Source: Octopus sinensis (taxonomy: Eukaryota). Taken from it: DNA of 64,000 nt. The notes below the pieces were generated by a model, which saw only the letters and a program-made list of their open reading frames with translations, was not told the origin of the DNA and made no database searches. Of this stretch, positions 12,662-26,470 are shown one piece after another. The position numbers were made by a program, and so were the translations under genes. Location: assembly GCF_006345805.1 (NCBI RefSeq), contig NC_043005.1:24180001-24244000 (forward strand), read 5' to 3'. How positions within the stretch are numbered: the first letter of the stretch is position 1; every line of letters begins with the position of its first letter.

Positions 12662-12930
12662 GGGCATGTAGCCAACTGGCTTGGACGTTACTCTCACGAA
12701 CGCGAGATGTGGATCCGATCCGCGGACTGGCCAGCGCATTGAGTTCTTGAGCAAAACACTTCATCTCACGTTGCTCAACAATGATTTAGACATTAGATAC
12801 GTGGCACACGGGGCACCTGTTCAAGCAACGTCGATTTGCTAGAGAGAGTTAGCTAATGCTCTGCAAAATAGAAATCTTCTGTGCAGAGTGTTTAGCAAGA
12901 AATTGCAGAACTCTCTTTCTCGGGTTCGAG
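12662..12930 (+). mobile_element. Diverged SINE (family D-like)
   Basis: tRNA-like head gcatgtagccaactgg..gatccgatccg, then ttcttgagcaaaacacttcatctcacgttgctc. Confidence 0.55.
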
Positions 12931-13572
12931 AGACTAAGAGTAATATATACATGTGTGTATGTGCATCTTAGTGTATGTGCATATCGATATGTATATGTGC
13001 GAACGCGTACGAACGTATATAAGTGTGTATATATGGATGGACATAGGTGCATGTATATATGTGTGCATGTATGTTTGGAATGTATGATTGTATATCTATG
13101 GATGCATGCGTGTGCGTGCATGCCTGTGTCTGTATGTACGCAGGTGAGCACATCCATGATGGTGTATTTGTGTGTGTGTGTGTGTGTGTGTTGTGTATGT
13201 GTGTGTGCACGTGCATGTGTATGTGGAAGTGTGTACGCTCGCGCGCGTGTGTTTAAGAATGCTACTTAGTACATAAAAGCCTAATACTTCAACGTACTAC
13301 GGTTCAGATTTTTATAAATCTCTTTTTAGCTCAAACAGCCCCAATTAAGGAGATTAATCCTCACTACACATTCATCTTATCAGTCTTGCTTCCCATTTTC
13401 ACAGTGTATGTTTGTTTTTTCCGTTTCCATTTCCTTCGTTTTCTTTCTGTCACGTCAATTCTTTTTCCTTCACAATCCTGTTTGCTTTATTCCATGGACC
13501 TTTTCTGATGTGTGCCGCCTTGAGTTCACAACCACCTAAACTATACTGCGTTATATTTGTTGGATCATATTT

Positions 13573-13672
13573 TTACATTTTGGCAATGTATTTGCTTGGT
13601 AAGTGATTTGGCCTGAAATCTTGTACATTTTGGCAATGTATTTGCTTGGCAAGTGATTTGACCTGAAATCGA
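13573..13672. repeat. Tandem duplication of about 50 bp
   Basis: tacattttggcaatgtatttgcttgg(t/c)aagtgatttg(g/a)cctgaaatc twice. Confidence 0.9.
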
Positions 13673-13914
13673 ACACCCATATTAGCTATTCAAAAACGCA
13701 TACAAAAACTGTTAACTTCGCTTAAACATTTATTATTCCGGGTCGAAATTTTCGTCGCACCAGCTGCGACCTGAAGCCTGACATGATTCCACAGACACAC
13801 ATATGTATTTCTATGTTTTAATTGCCTATATATTATTTAATTACTTATGTTGTTTTCCTTCTCTTCTCGTTTGTTTCTCCCTTGCTATCTTTGCTTAAAC
13901 CGAGAATTATGTTC

Positions 13915-14337
13915 ATGCGAGCATGGAAAGTAATATTCTTAAGATTATAAACCTGGAAAAGTACAGGACAATTTATTACACCTGGAAAAGTGTAGGACAA
14001 GCTATTACTTCTAGTAAAGTAAATAATAAGAAACTTTTTACATAAAATATTGCAGTAAAGAATGCCAGTTCTAATTTATCACTCTTTACAGTTCTCATCC
14101 TTTAAATTTATTGTACAAAACTGTTCAGCTAATTTGTATGTTTGTCTAATTGGTCACTTTTTTCTGTATTTAAGGTAGTTAATTAGCCAAATTCTGCTTT
14201 AATAAGTATAGTGTTACTTGTAAACTATAATAAAATAATTTTTAATATTCAAATTTCTTATTCTTTACTAGAAGTAAATTTTGTCCTATACTATTCCAGG
14301 TTTATAATATTAAGAATATTACTTTTCATGCTCGCAT
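13915..14337. mobile_element. MITE-like element with about 75-100 bp inverted arms
   Basis: atgcgagcatggaaagtaatatt..cctggaaaagt..ggaca..acttctagtaaa mirrored at 14262-14337. Confidence 0.65.
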
Positions 14338-15149
14338 TTTTCATGTAATCCATGATTTTTCCAGGCATTGCTGTTATAAGATAATTAATAATGTATCAAT
14401 TAATAATTTAAGATTTTAACTTATAAAACACTGAAAGACAATATTTCAATTTTTTTCATATTTAATTTAAATATATGTTGTGATTGAATTATTTGATATT
14501 ATTCATCCACACCAAATTAATGGCAGGGACATTTTCCATCTTGTTGGTTGCACCATGGTTCACCAAAAGCTACAAACAACAAGACCCAGAAACCATCAGT
14601 TACTAGGCTCACCTTAAGTAACCAAGATTTTGAATTGGTGAAAATAGCACTGACTGTTGCTAATCTAGATCTATCAATAATTATTCAATACAACAATAAT
14701 TATAAAAGCATATCAGATATACACAAGTTAAAATTACCTACGTCCCATTAATATAAATTTGATTTATGAAAGTTAATTAATTTTAATCTCTTTTTGAAAT
14801 TTAAAAAGTAAATTTAGAATATAAGCACTTTTAACTAATGCCTTTTCTGGGCAAACTTACTACATACCTTCAGGTCTGCCAATAGAGACACAGCCAAAAA
14901 TGACTATATTCCTGCCCCAATAAATTTAGATGCACATATCTGAAGCATATAGCACATTAATGAACTAGCCTGATTAAATAATTAACTAAAACGAAAAGGA
15001 AAGCAACTAAGAAGAAAAGCAAAAAAAGCAGAAAGCAAGTTAATTAAAGATGAAAGAGAAAATTGATAATAAAAGTTAAACTTACCCTAATTCAACAGCA
15101 TATTAAAAATAACTTTATTAAGTACTTCATAAAAAAATAAAATATGCGA

Positions 15150-15255
15150 AAGGTAAAGTCGACCTCGGTGAAATTTGAGCTCAAAATAAAATGACGGAAG
15201 AAATACAATTAAGCATTTCGCCCGGCGAGCTAACGTTTCTACCAAATGGCAGCGT
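15150..15255 (-). mobile_element. SINE family C 5' fragment
   Basis: aaaggtaaagtcgacctcgg..gaaatacaattaagcatttcgcccggcgagctaacg. Confidence 0.7.
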
Positions 15256-15903
15256 TAGAATTCGTGCATTCATTTTAGAAATATATTCTTATCTTAACAT
15301 TATTGTTTGGGTCATTACTTCTTACTTCCTCACTTACTGACAATAAATTTCGTGACATTTCACCTCATAACTTTTTTCTACTAATTTTTATTCAGTGCAA
15401 CTAACGATTCTCAATTCCTCATGCATTGTTCTATCATTTAAGTCTAAGACAATTATACATTTATTTTAAAATAAAAAAAATATTATGTTAATTGAAGATG
15501 AATAGATGCCTTACTGCCCATATATTTTGATGTAACTTTATTTCTACTGAACCAAATCTGAAACTATTTATGCCAGTGTAGTTGAGGAGGTATCTTTTTA
15601 AAACTGTTAACAGCTTGCAATTTAGTTGAGAAGTGAATTAGTGGTGAAGCTTGTAAGTTGCTGCAATTGACGAAATAGTGGACTTAAGAATATATCCAAC
15701 CATTACCATGGTTGAATGATAAAGTAAAGAATTGGTATCACAAATTGTATTTCAACATATCATCTATGTGTTTGATGACCAATATGATATGAAATAATTA
15801 TTAATTCGTGATTATTGACGATGGAAGCGATCGAAATAAACTATCTGAAATACCAACTGTTTTCAAACTATATGTAGCTATATATATATACGTGTGTGTG
15901 TGT

Positions 15904-15941
<38 letters not shown>

Positions 15942-16385
15942 GATTGATAGCGCGGATAGATAATTAAGATTACCAATCTGTTGACAATAATACGAGTGGT
16001 TGATGGGTTCTTAGAGGACAGTACATTTATAGACACGCACACACACACACAAACACACAAACACACAGACACACACATACACACATACACACATACACAT
16101 ATATTTAAGTCATTCAACTAATCCGGTGGTACTCATAAAAGAGCTCCTTAATGTATCATTATACAAGACAGAGAATATACAGTACGGCACAACAGAAAAC
16201 AATAAAGAATGAAGAATGGATAAATTATTAACGACGAGAGAAATAGAATGATAAAATTCCTTTAAGAACTGGACATTTTTGTACATATATATATATATAT
16301 GTATATGTGTGTGTGTGTATACATATACATACATACATACATTCATAGATATATATATATATATATATGTGTATGTGTGTGTATG

Positions 16386-16438
<53 letters not shown>

Positions 16439-16481
16439 ATATATACATACATACACACACACATATATATATATATGAATG

Positions 16482-16512
<31 letters not shown>

Positions 16513-17219
16513 AAATAAACACACACGCGCACACATATGTATATATCCAATTTGGGGTATAATAAAACTCAATCGAATATGTAATTCCACCCACCTATAA
16601 ATTTGCTAAGAATTATCGATTAGAATCACACATGTTCCCCAGTCAGATGATTTATGGATCCATATTGATTTGTTATAAATACACAAAATAAATCAGCTGA
16701 TGGTGTCAATATGTGAGGTGAATGCGGCCAAAATGGTTCCTGTCTTCTTAGTTAACTTATTAATACGTGGAGTCATATGATCCCCCTCTTCTTTATAAAC
16801 CACAAATTTTATGCTAGACTAGAGACACATTGGTTAATTAAGACGTTATGTTACGTAAGCTTCAATGAATGCTGATTGTCATCTGTGAAGTTAAAGATGT
16901 ATTTATGTATCGTAAAATATTGCAAGCTATCGTGCCTTCCAATATATAAAACCGAACATAGAATCAATGAAATAGGCTCTATTTAGTCCACCGACCTGTT
17001 AAAAATATAAACGAAATCTCTTTCCAATCCCAGCATAGCTTAGAGATGGACACATTCGGGAATGTAGTCTTGGATTACCTGAGCGTAGAAAAAACGATTG
17101 GATGGTCATGGATGGAAAACCTTTTATCACGAGTGTGTTCAATCGCGGCTGGGCTAGATCTGTTGCTGAATCAAAAAAATGAACAACAAAAACAGAATTT
17201 TGTTCCCATCAAACTTATA

Positions 17220-17625
17220 GGCGCAGGAGTGGCTGTGTGGTAAGTAGCTTGCCTACCAACCACATGGTTTTGGGTTCAGTCCCACTGCGTGGCATCTTGG
17301 CAAGTGTCTTCTGCTATAGCCTCGGGCCGACCAATGCCTTGTGAGTGGATTTGGTAGACGGAAACTGAAAGAAGCCTGTCGTATATATGTATATAAATGT
17401 ATGTATGTGTATGTATATGTTTGTCCATCTAGCATTGCTTGACAACCGATGCTGGTGTGTTTACGTCCCCGTAACTTTAGCGGTTCGGCAAAAGAGACCG
17501 ATAGAATAAGTACTGGGCTTACAAAGAATAAGTCCCGGGGTCGATTTGCTCGACTAAAGGCGGTGCTCCAGCATGGCCGTAGTCAAATGACTGAAACAAG
17601 TAAAAGAGTAAAGAGTAAAGAGTAA
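17220..17625 (+). mobile_element. SINE family A, full length
   Basis: Head, core, central microsatellite and (aaagagt)n tail are all present. Confidence 0.93.
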
Positions 17626-18840
17626 TCATGTTGTCCTTCATACTTCAACCGAAATTACTTTACTATGTACAGTCTTTATGTGCATCGTTGCTGCTTAGTC
17701 TCTCGCTATCCCTGATCAACCAGACTATGGTGAAAGACATTCAAGCCATAAACATCTTCTCTAGAGCAACATTTTCGTATGTGCTATTTGATTTTAAAAT
17801 GTTATGGTTTGATTTAACAGAGATTTACTTTCTATTTCTAATTAGTCGAACGATCCTGTCAAGGATCTGTAGATAACGTTTACCTTATGCATAGAACTTT
17901 ATCCGCTTTCTCCGCTTTCACCCTTTCTCAGCCTTCATTTTTTCTGGCTTCCTTTTCTTCTACCTTACTGTTTCTCCCTCTCTCTCTCTCTCTCATTCTT
18001 CATTCTTTCTGGTTTCCTCACAACCATTCCCTTTTTTCTATCCCTTTCTCTTGCTCCTCCTCCTTCCTCCCGTCGTTGACCCACGACGAGAGCTCTGCTA
18101 CTGTCTTTCTGACCTGGCTTCCTTAAAATGTTGACGGCATTTTCTGTTGCTCCTTCGCCGTTCTCAAAAATAGCGTTCGTAATACTTTATCTCGTTCGGT
18201 TTAACAGCCCTTCTTGTCTTGTTATTCTCCTTGTCCTGTCTTTTACTGTTTATATTTTGTACTGTCGTTACTGTCCTGTTTTTGTTACCATTTTTACCCC
18301 TCCGCAAAAAGATCTCAAATTTTATTTAATTTGCTTTTCGCGGGAAGGAAAGTTTCTATCGAAGATGGGTATCGCCTTCACCTTCGAAACGCAGAGTAGA
18401 TGAAACCATGGCGACTGAAGAAGGGGAGTTTTCTTTGTGTTATTTTCCTGTACTCTATTCTTTCGTTGTTTAAGAAAAATGTCCAGTTCTTTGGTTTTGT
18501 GCTTATGTTTTCGTTTCTCATTGTGTTCGACGTTTGTTTGGTGTCCTGTACCCATATATGCATGTATATATACATGTAGAGGTAGGTACGTACATATATG
18601 TATGTATATATGCATATGTTTTATTTATTAATTTATTATATGATGGAACGCACGCATCCATTTCTAAGTAAGATTATTCTTGATATATATATATATAATT
18701 TATATCTAATGTAGGATAAAATTTTTTCGAAAAAAAATTCTATCAATGGCCAGCATATTAAAAAATACCTTTAAAGGTTAAATTATAAAGAACTTATAAA
18801 TAAGTTATTTATAAGTTGTATATATATATGTATATATATA

Positions 18841-19526
18841 CAGGGTGATTGAAAAGTAACTCCCTATTTTAAAATACTTATAATTTATTTATTAACTATA
18901 ATTTTTAGAAAAAACGAATATGTAAAGAGAGTGTATGGCATGGAATTTTATTTAAAATTTGATATAAGCAGCAGCATTCACCACCAGCTTTTGAAGTCGC
19001 CTGGGAACCACATCAACTGATTTCATCAGGAAGTCTTGTGGAATGGAAGACATAACTTCTCGTATTCACCCTTCAAGTTCTTCTAAAGTCATTGGTTTGG
19101 TAGAGAAGAAACTAGTCGCAGGGTGTTAAATCAGGGCTTCTGGCCAGCCAGTCATGCGGATCTTGATGAATTGGAAGGACTACTACCTCAAGTATCAGCT
19201 ACAAATCCTGTAAACATGAATTTTGCATGACGATTCTTGATTATCTTTGCATCAACTTAAGCATGTCTTCCTCTAATGGTCCTCCACCATCTTTGCACTT
19301 GAACGACTGGTTTCCAAACTTCATAATGTGCAGCTAACTGTATACACTCCTGCACAGTAAGACATCCAGTTATGTTTGTAGGGCTTCTAAATTTCAAACA
19401 AACTAATCAATCTGAAAAAAAAAAACATGAAATCAATTTTCACGCAAAACAAATTTGAGAAAAAAATTCTAGTTAATAAATAAATTATAACCATTTTAAA
19501 ATAGGGATATCTTTCTAATCACCCTG
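18841..19526 (-). mobile_element. Internally deleted Tc1/mariner element with TIRs and TA TSD
   Basis: TIRs cagggtgatt(g/a)gaaa..ccctattttaaaat..ttataatttatttattaact at both ends. Minus-strand remnant ELEG*IREVMSSIPQDFLMKSVDVVPRRLQKLV. Confidence 0.85.
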
Positions 19527-19558
<32 letters not shown>

Positions 19559-19559
19559 A

Positions 19560-19591
<32 letters not shown>

Positions 19592-20273
19592 CATGCCTAT
19601 GGCTAACTTTCTTTACTCTCTTTACTCTTCCTTCATCTCATTTCTTTTATCTTTATCTCTGTTCTCTTACTTCCCTCTCTCTCATTAGCGTTTTCTGTCA
19701 CTCTTTCCATTGAGCCCATTTCTGTTTCCAGCTCGCAATAGCTCATTGTTTCTGCTCTGGCCTTTATATATATATTTTTATTTCTGTTCGCTCATAGGAC
19801 ACAGAAATTTCGCTTCTCTCTGTTGCTTGCTCAAGAATTACGTCCCAGTACCATATTGATCATTTGTTTATTTTTTCTCGTCGTACTTTTTCACTGTTGC
19901 ATAAATTTTACCATTTTTTCTTTCGTAAAAAGATTAATGTGTTGTCTTTTTTCTGTACCAGTGGCAAAGTCAAAGCAATATTTTTTTCATGGTGTGTGTT
20001 TTCTCCCCTAACAAATGTGATTGATGGTTGCTGACGCCACAAAGCTAGCAGAACTGGATAGAGAGCCGAAACCTCGGAATTCTCTATAGAAGTTGATGAG
20101 GGACAGTTTGTTGGTTTTTATCTGTTTGTATTCACACATCTTGCATAATTTATACCAGCCTCTCTCTGTCTCTGTGATATGTGTGTGTGTGTGTGTGTGT
20201 GCATGCGAATGCGTGTTTCTGTATGTATATACACATATTAACATACACACATTCATATTTACACACGCTCGCG

Positions 20274-20399
<126 letters not shown>

Positions 20400-21149
20400 A
20401 GAGAAGGAGAGACAGACAGACTGACAGACTGGCAGAGAGCTACTGGATTTGTTATGTATATAAACAGATCAACTGCTAATATGTTTGGTATTAATCAAAT
20501 GGATTAGCCATTGGTGATGAGAATGCAGTAAGGTGCGAAAACTGATTAAGGCGGTTCTTCATTTTCTCTACTTAGAAATACTTCAATTTGCCATATTTGC
20601 ATTTGTACTCCGTAGGTATGTGGCATACAACACGCATAGACGCTTACAGCTTCTGCACATAAACATATACAATACATACGTACACTATAAGGTCACATAC
20701 ACACCCTCACACACACATAGACACACTCATGCACTAACAGACACACACACATACATACACACTTACACATGTGTGCATACACCACTCGAACAAGCATACT
20801 TTAGGGGCTACACAAATACTACACAAATCCTTACACACATATACACACGTCAATACACTCACGCACACTTGCACACACACAGAAATATAAGAAGTTCACA
20901 TCATTCCACAAAATGCACACACAAGGTTACTTAAATACATACACACACGCATTCCCATACATACACACAGGCCCACATAATTCTAAGTTCGCTCATACAT
21001 ACATCACACGCGCTCGCCCCCATTCATACAAACACTCTCACACACCATTCTTATAGGCACACACACTCTTGCGCACCCTGGTTCAGTTGGATCACATTAT
21101 TATCTCCCTTTCACTTAACTTCTTTCTTCCGATCACTTCAACGCGTTGA

Positions 21150-21330
21150 ACCCTTAATCCCTATGCATTGTTCTTCTCACTCCGTTTTCTTTCGTTCTGT
21201 CACCATTATTCTCTCAACACATTCTGATGAGGAAGCGTAGGTTCAAAACTTCGAAGACTTTTCCATTATTCCCGAGCGTCAAACCATTACACCGGCTTGT
21301 TCCTTCAACTATCCTCGCCTTTCGTTTACT
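21150..21330 (+). mobile_element. Short repeat family with HHR-like motif (copy 1, decayed)
   Basis: ttctgatgaggaagcgtaggttcaaaac..ttcccgagcgtcaaac. Homologous to 26290-26470 and 39420-39615. Confidence 0.6.
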
Positions 21331-21398
21331 GTAAATTTGAGTTATACATACATACATACATACATACATACATACATACATACAGAGTACATATATGC

Positions 21399-21461
<63 letters not shown>

Positions 21462-22039
21462 ATTATATATATACATATATATGCTGCATATTACTGATGT
21501 GAAACCGTGTGTAGAAAAAATATTGTTATATTTTGGGATGGTCATTTTCTTTTCCTAAATAAACACACGCGCTATTTTTTCGTTCTTCCGTCGTTTATTC
21601 TTCTTATTTCTCTTATATTCATTGTCTAGATATCACTCGTGGGTGACCTCTTCAGAGAGCCTTTCCACTCAAGTGTATACTCCTGCTCCGTCAAGGCCAT
21701 TCTATCCTTACATGATGTGTACCCTTGCACCCCCCCACACAAACGAACGTGCACGTGCACACACACATTCATACACGTGCGCAAACACACACATGCAGAA
21801 TTATAGACGCAAACGGATGCGCAGATAAGAACAGGATGGACTAGGCGGAGCAGGAGGATAGAAGAGGAAAGAGTCGCTGAAGAGACCATAGATGTGGGAC
21901 GAAAGATTTCCGGACAATGGACATGAGATAAAATAATAACAATAATAAACGAGTGACGAACGAATATATAGTGTGTGTGTTTATTTGGCAAAAAAAAGAA
22001 AAAAAAAACTGACCGTCCCGAAATATAACAATATATATC

Positions 22040-22256
22040 TTTTCTCTTTTCCTTGTTTCAGTCATTTGACTGTGGCCATGCTGGAGTACCGCCTTTGGTC
22101 GAGCAAATCGACCCCAGGACTTATTCTTTGTAAGCCCAGTACTTATTCTATCGGTCTCTTTTGCCGAACCGCTAAGTGACGGGGACATAAACACACCAGC
22201 ATCGGTTGCCAAGCGATGTTGGGGGACAAACAGACACATAAACACACGTATATATA

Positions 22257-22299
<43 letters not shown>

Positions 22300-22626
22300 C
22301 ACATATATAACATATATACATATATACATTTATACATATATATATACATATGTACATATATACATATATACATATATATATACATATATATACATACATA
22401 TATATATGTATATATATACATATATACATATATACATATATACATATATATATATATGTACATATATATATTCATATATACATGTAATATATATATATAT
22501 ATATTAATAGATACTAACATATATACATATATATACATATATATATATACATATATACATATATACATATATTACAAATATAAATATATACATATATATG
22601 TATATACATATACTTATATATATATA

Positions 22627-22665
<39 letters not shown>

Positions 22666-22808
22666 TACTTATATATATATACGTATATATTTATATATAT
22701 ATATACATACATATACACAACGAGCTTCTTTCAATTTCCGTCAACCAAATCTACTCACAACGCTTTGGTCGGCCCGAGGCTATAGTAGAAGACACTTGCC
22801 CAAGGTAC
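22040..22808 (-). mobile_element. SINE family A with about 470-bp expanded internal (TA/TACA) microsatellite
   Basis: 3' half at 22040-22245, 5' half at 22715-22808. Confidence 0.88.
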
Positions 22809-22928
22809 CAACCCAGAACTAACCTACTTACCACCCAGCAACTATATATCTATATATTATATATATATATATTATAATATATATATATTATATTATATAT
22901 ATATATATACATATATATATATGTATAT

Positions 22929-22959
<31 letters not shown>

Positions 22960-22991
22960 GTATGTATAAATATTTATAAATATATATGTAG

Positions 22992-23028
<37 letters not shown>

Positions 23029-23621
23029 AATGTATACATATATATACACACACACGCCCATCAAAACACAGATCAACGGTGATTGCGGAAGATACAGTCC
23101 CCACACAAATATCGTTATCAAGAGGTGATTAGTTATGTAAGTACACAAATACGCATGCGCGCGCACACACACGCACATACACACACACATATTCACGGAT
23201 CAGTGGTTAGTGACATGACGGATTGATAAATCAATGGCTAAAAATACCGTAAGTACCTTACAAACACCCCTATAAAACATTTGTACACATAACCAAATGT
23301 GTGTGAAAGTGTGCGTGCGCGCGGGCGTATACTACAAGAGATACAGTGAGATAGAAAAAATGAAGATTCATTGATCTATTGATTCTTTTATTGGTTGGCC
23401 TATTGTCTTTTTACGTAATATATTTCATGGTTTGTAACACTCAAGTAGTATTTGTATTAACTACCTTGTGGGAGTTATTTTCAGCTTGGAGTTAGTATTC
23501 GTATAATCTAGTCCAGCCTATGTGCGCCTCTACCTTCAGTCTCCTAATATAATAACGAGCGTAGTGCTTTTATATATTTGTCTATCTATCTATCTATCTA
23601 TCTATCTGTCTGTCTATCGAA

Positions 23622-24645
23622 GAATGGCAAATGGCACCTCGAGTGTCGCGTTGCTCTCCAGAAATTCTACCGTCCTGGGTCAACCTTCAGCAACTGCATC
23701 ACCATGGAAGCATTCTATAGGGGATTAGTAGATGAGAGGTACGACGACGACCTCGGGGCGAACCTGGGCGTCGACGAGGAATACCTGACCCGCCTGTTCA
23801 AGACGACTTTCAGGCTGGGACCTATGGACAACTTCCAGAGATCCTTGGCCTGGAAGTGTTACCGAGAAGTGCTACCCGAGAAGTGCTCTACAGACATGGC
23901 TCGAGAAACACAGGGCCGACCTGCCCGAGATGCGGTCAGAGCGACGAAACCGTTCTGCACGCACTCGTGCAGTTTCCAACCATTTCCGACCTGTGGGCTT
24001 ATGTCGTACGACTGCTGTCACGTGAGGGACGAGTCGGTTTATCAACCGAGTCTATCGTCAAAATTGTCACGCCTCCTATCTTCAAACGGGAAAGAAGAGC
24101 TATTTTTATCGTACTTGTGGCTATGGCAAAAGAATGTATCAATGGACGCGTCTGAAAGGATTAGAGACAAATAATTTCATCTCTGGTGAATCTCTCATCA
24201 ACTTTTTCAAGTATCACTTGAAAAGGAAGGTGAGAGTAGAGAGGGAAGTATTGTCTAGCGAATGTTTCAGGAAAAGATGGGTAAATGTAGCAAGGCTGGC
24301 ACGTATGAATGACGAAGCCACCTTGGGCATGATCCCATGAACCGAAAAATTTTCAAACAGAGAGTTACTTATTTGTAAATAAATATGTTAATATGTGACA
24401 TTATTGCTCGAGGTTGCTGTGGTCTTTTCTTAGGTTTTTCTTTCCACAGATACACCTCCCCATTTCTTGGGAACTTTTTGTACCATTTTGACTTTTTGTT
24501 TTGCATATATCACCAACGATTTCGATCCCTTTTGATCGTTGTCCCTCTTTTTTTTAAAGTTTGCTTTCGCCCCCCACCCCGAAAAGAAAAACTCTACATT
24601 GTAATTGTCCTCTCTGTGTCTAACCCTGTGTGGCCAATAAAAGAA
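23622..24645 (+). mobile_element. L1/Tx1-clade LINE 3' fragment (zf-RVT-like CCHC region + 3'UTR)
   Basis: FQRSLAWKCYREVLP, then frameshift, TCPRCGQSDETVLHALVQ..DLWAYV..AMAKEC..WTRLKGL..FRKRW..*. AATAAA at about 24636 followed by microsatellite. Confidence 0.82.
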
Positions 24646-24753
24646 AGTTATGTATGTATGTATGTATGTATCTATCTATCTATCTGTCCACCTGTCCATT
24701 CTGTCTGTCTGTCTATCTATCTCTCTCTCCTCTCCTCTTCTCTCTCTTCTCTC

Positions 24754-24796
<43 letters not shown>

Positions 24797-24797
<1 letters not shown>

Positions 24798-25130
24798 TAA
24801 TAAATAAAAGGCTTCCAATAGGAAGCGTATGCTAGAAACACAAAAAGGATAAATTCATGAAAGGAATGAAAATTAAAAAGAGTTACCATCTCAGCTATAT
24901 CCCAGACCGAACGGTTTCTACCTATTTTTAGGCAATACACAGAATATATTTGGCAGGCCAGGTTCTTCAGTGGGAGCCTTCGTAATCCTTAGACGCACAG
25001 ACTGTTAGAAGCACATGTAGATCTAACGGTTTGTATATCCTAACTTTCCAAACCTCTGCGCAGACGCAAATCATACCCGGCGAACAGGGAGGATGCCGGT
25101 AAAAAATTTACGAACAAATTTATCAAGCAA
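24797..25130 (-). mobile_element. Penelope-like terminal-repeat segment
   Basis: Contains an HHR motif. 24803-24880 recurs partly direct and partly inverted at 25670-25765. Confidence 0.55.
24900..24975 (-). ncRNA. Type I hammerhead ribozyme motif (GUC site)
   Basis: tccca-CTGAAGA-acct..aggt-a-GAAA-ccgttcg-GTC^tggga. Stem I 5 bp, stem III accg/cggt. Confidence 0.72.
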
Positions 25131-25149
25131 TATTTAAACATAATCAAAT

Positions 25150-25580
25150 ACTCTTTACTCTTTACTCTTTTACTCTTTTACTTGTTTCAGTCATTTGACT
25201 GCGGCCATGCTGGAGCACCGCCTTTAGTCGAGCAACTCGACCCCGGGACTTATTCTTTTTGTAAGCCCAGTACTTATTCTATCGGTCTCTTTTTGCCGAA
25301 CCGCTAAGTTACGGGGATGTAAACACACCAGCATCGGTTGTCAAGCAATGCTAGGGGAACAAACACACATACACACACATACACACACACACATTCATAT
25401 ATATATATATACATATACGACAGGCTTCTTTCAGTTTCCGTCTACCAAATCCACTCACAAGGCATTGGTCGGCCCGGGGCTATAGCAGAAGACACTTGCC
25501 CAAGATGCCACGCAGTGCGACTGAACCCGGAACCATGTGGTTGGTAAACAAGCTACTTACCACACAGCCACTCCTGCGCC
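25150..25580 (-). mobile_element. SINE family A, full length
   Basis: Reverse complement of 17220-17625. Confidence 0.93.
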
Positions 25581-25779
25581 TAGGGTAATAAAATAAATTT
25601 ATTATTACCAGTGGCCTAGCACAAAAGACGAATTAGTCATTAGACTATATATTTTTCGTATAGAAATTAATAAAAGGCTTCCAAATAAGGAAGCGCAGTT
25701 TTTTAATTTTCATTCTTTTCAATGAATTTATCCCTTTTTGTGTTTTCTAGCACTACGCTTCCTTATTACCCTATTTGAT

Positions 25780-25844
<65 letters not shown>

Positions 25845-25984
25845 GTGTACACATTTAAACACAAAAGATGCGACTTTAACAGGCAGCCTTACATGCTAGA
25901 AGGAGCAGTCAAAATTTCCAGAACCACATTTAAGCGCAATTCGAGGGAATGAAAATAAAAACTTTTTACCTTGATTTTATTTAC

Positions 25985-26055
25985 AGCCATACCTAGATTT
26001 CTAACTTTCATTAGCAAATAAAATAATTTGTTAGGCGAAGTTCTCATCAGTGGCT
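25985..26055 (-). ncRNA. Type I hammerhead motif, slightly decayed
   Basis: agcca-CTGATGA-gaactt..aagtta-GAAA-tctag-GTA^tggct. G10.1 opposite A, stem III near-palindromic. Confidence 0.6.
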
Positions 26056-26181
26056 AATTTTATATAGAAAATATGTTGTCTATTGACTTTTTATACATGC
26101 TAGGCGACTGCTAGTGAAATTTCTAAAATTTTGTTATCCTATATTATTTTATGTATGTATGTATGTATGTATGTATGTATG

Positions 26182-26237
<56 letters not shown>

Positions 26238-26289
26238 ATCTCTCTCTCTCTCTCTTTCTCTCGCTCTCTCTTTCTCTCGCTCTCTCTTT

Positions 26290-26470
26290 CTATATATGTA
26301 TAGGGAGAGTTCACGAAAAAAACAAAAGACGAAGACAGGTGGTGTACAAAACAAAAAGATTTATTAGTATAACGCTCAGGGATTGAAAAAGTCTTTTACG
26401 TTTCGAGCATACGCTCTGCTACAGAAAGGGACAGAGAAAAAAAACAAGGAGAGAAACAAAGAGAGAGAAA
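26290..26470 (-). mobile_element. Short repeat family with HHR-like motif (copy 2)
   Basis: Minus strand cttt-ctgtagc-a-gagc-gtat-gctc-gaaa-c-gta-aaag. Confidence 0.65.

Noticed and set aside
14518-14570. Minus-strand FGEPWCNQQDGKCPCH resembling a laminin-EGF piece
   Set aside because: Immediate stop, no further cysteines, and only about 43 nt from a putative donor.
14860-14931. Minus-strand 72-nt segment with good splice sites, reading ASKFIGAG like ATP synthase subunit c
   Set aside because: All three frames contain a stop and similarity ends after about 8 residues; likely chance.
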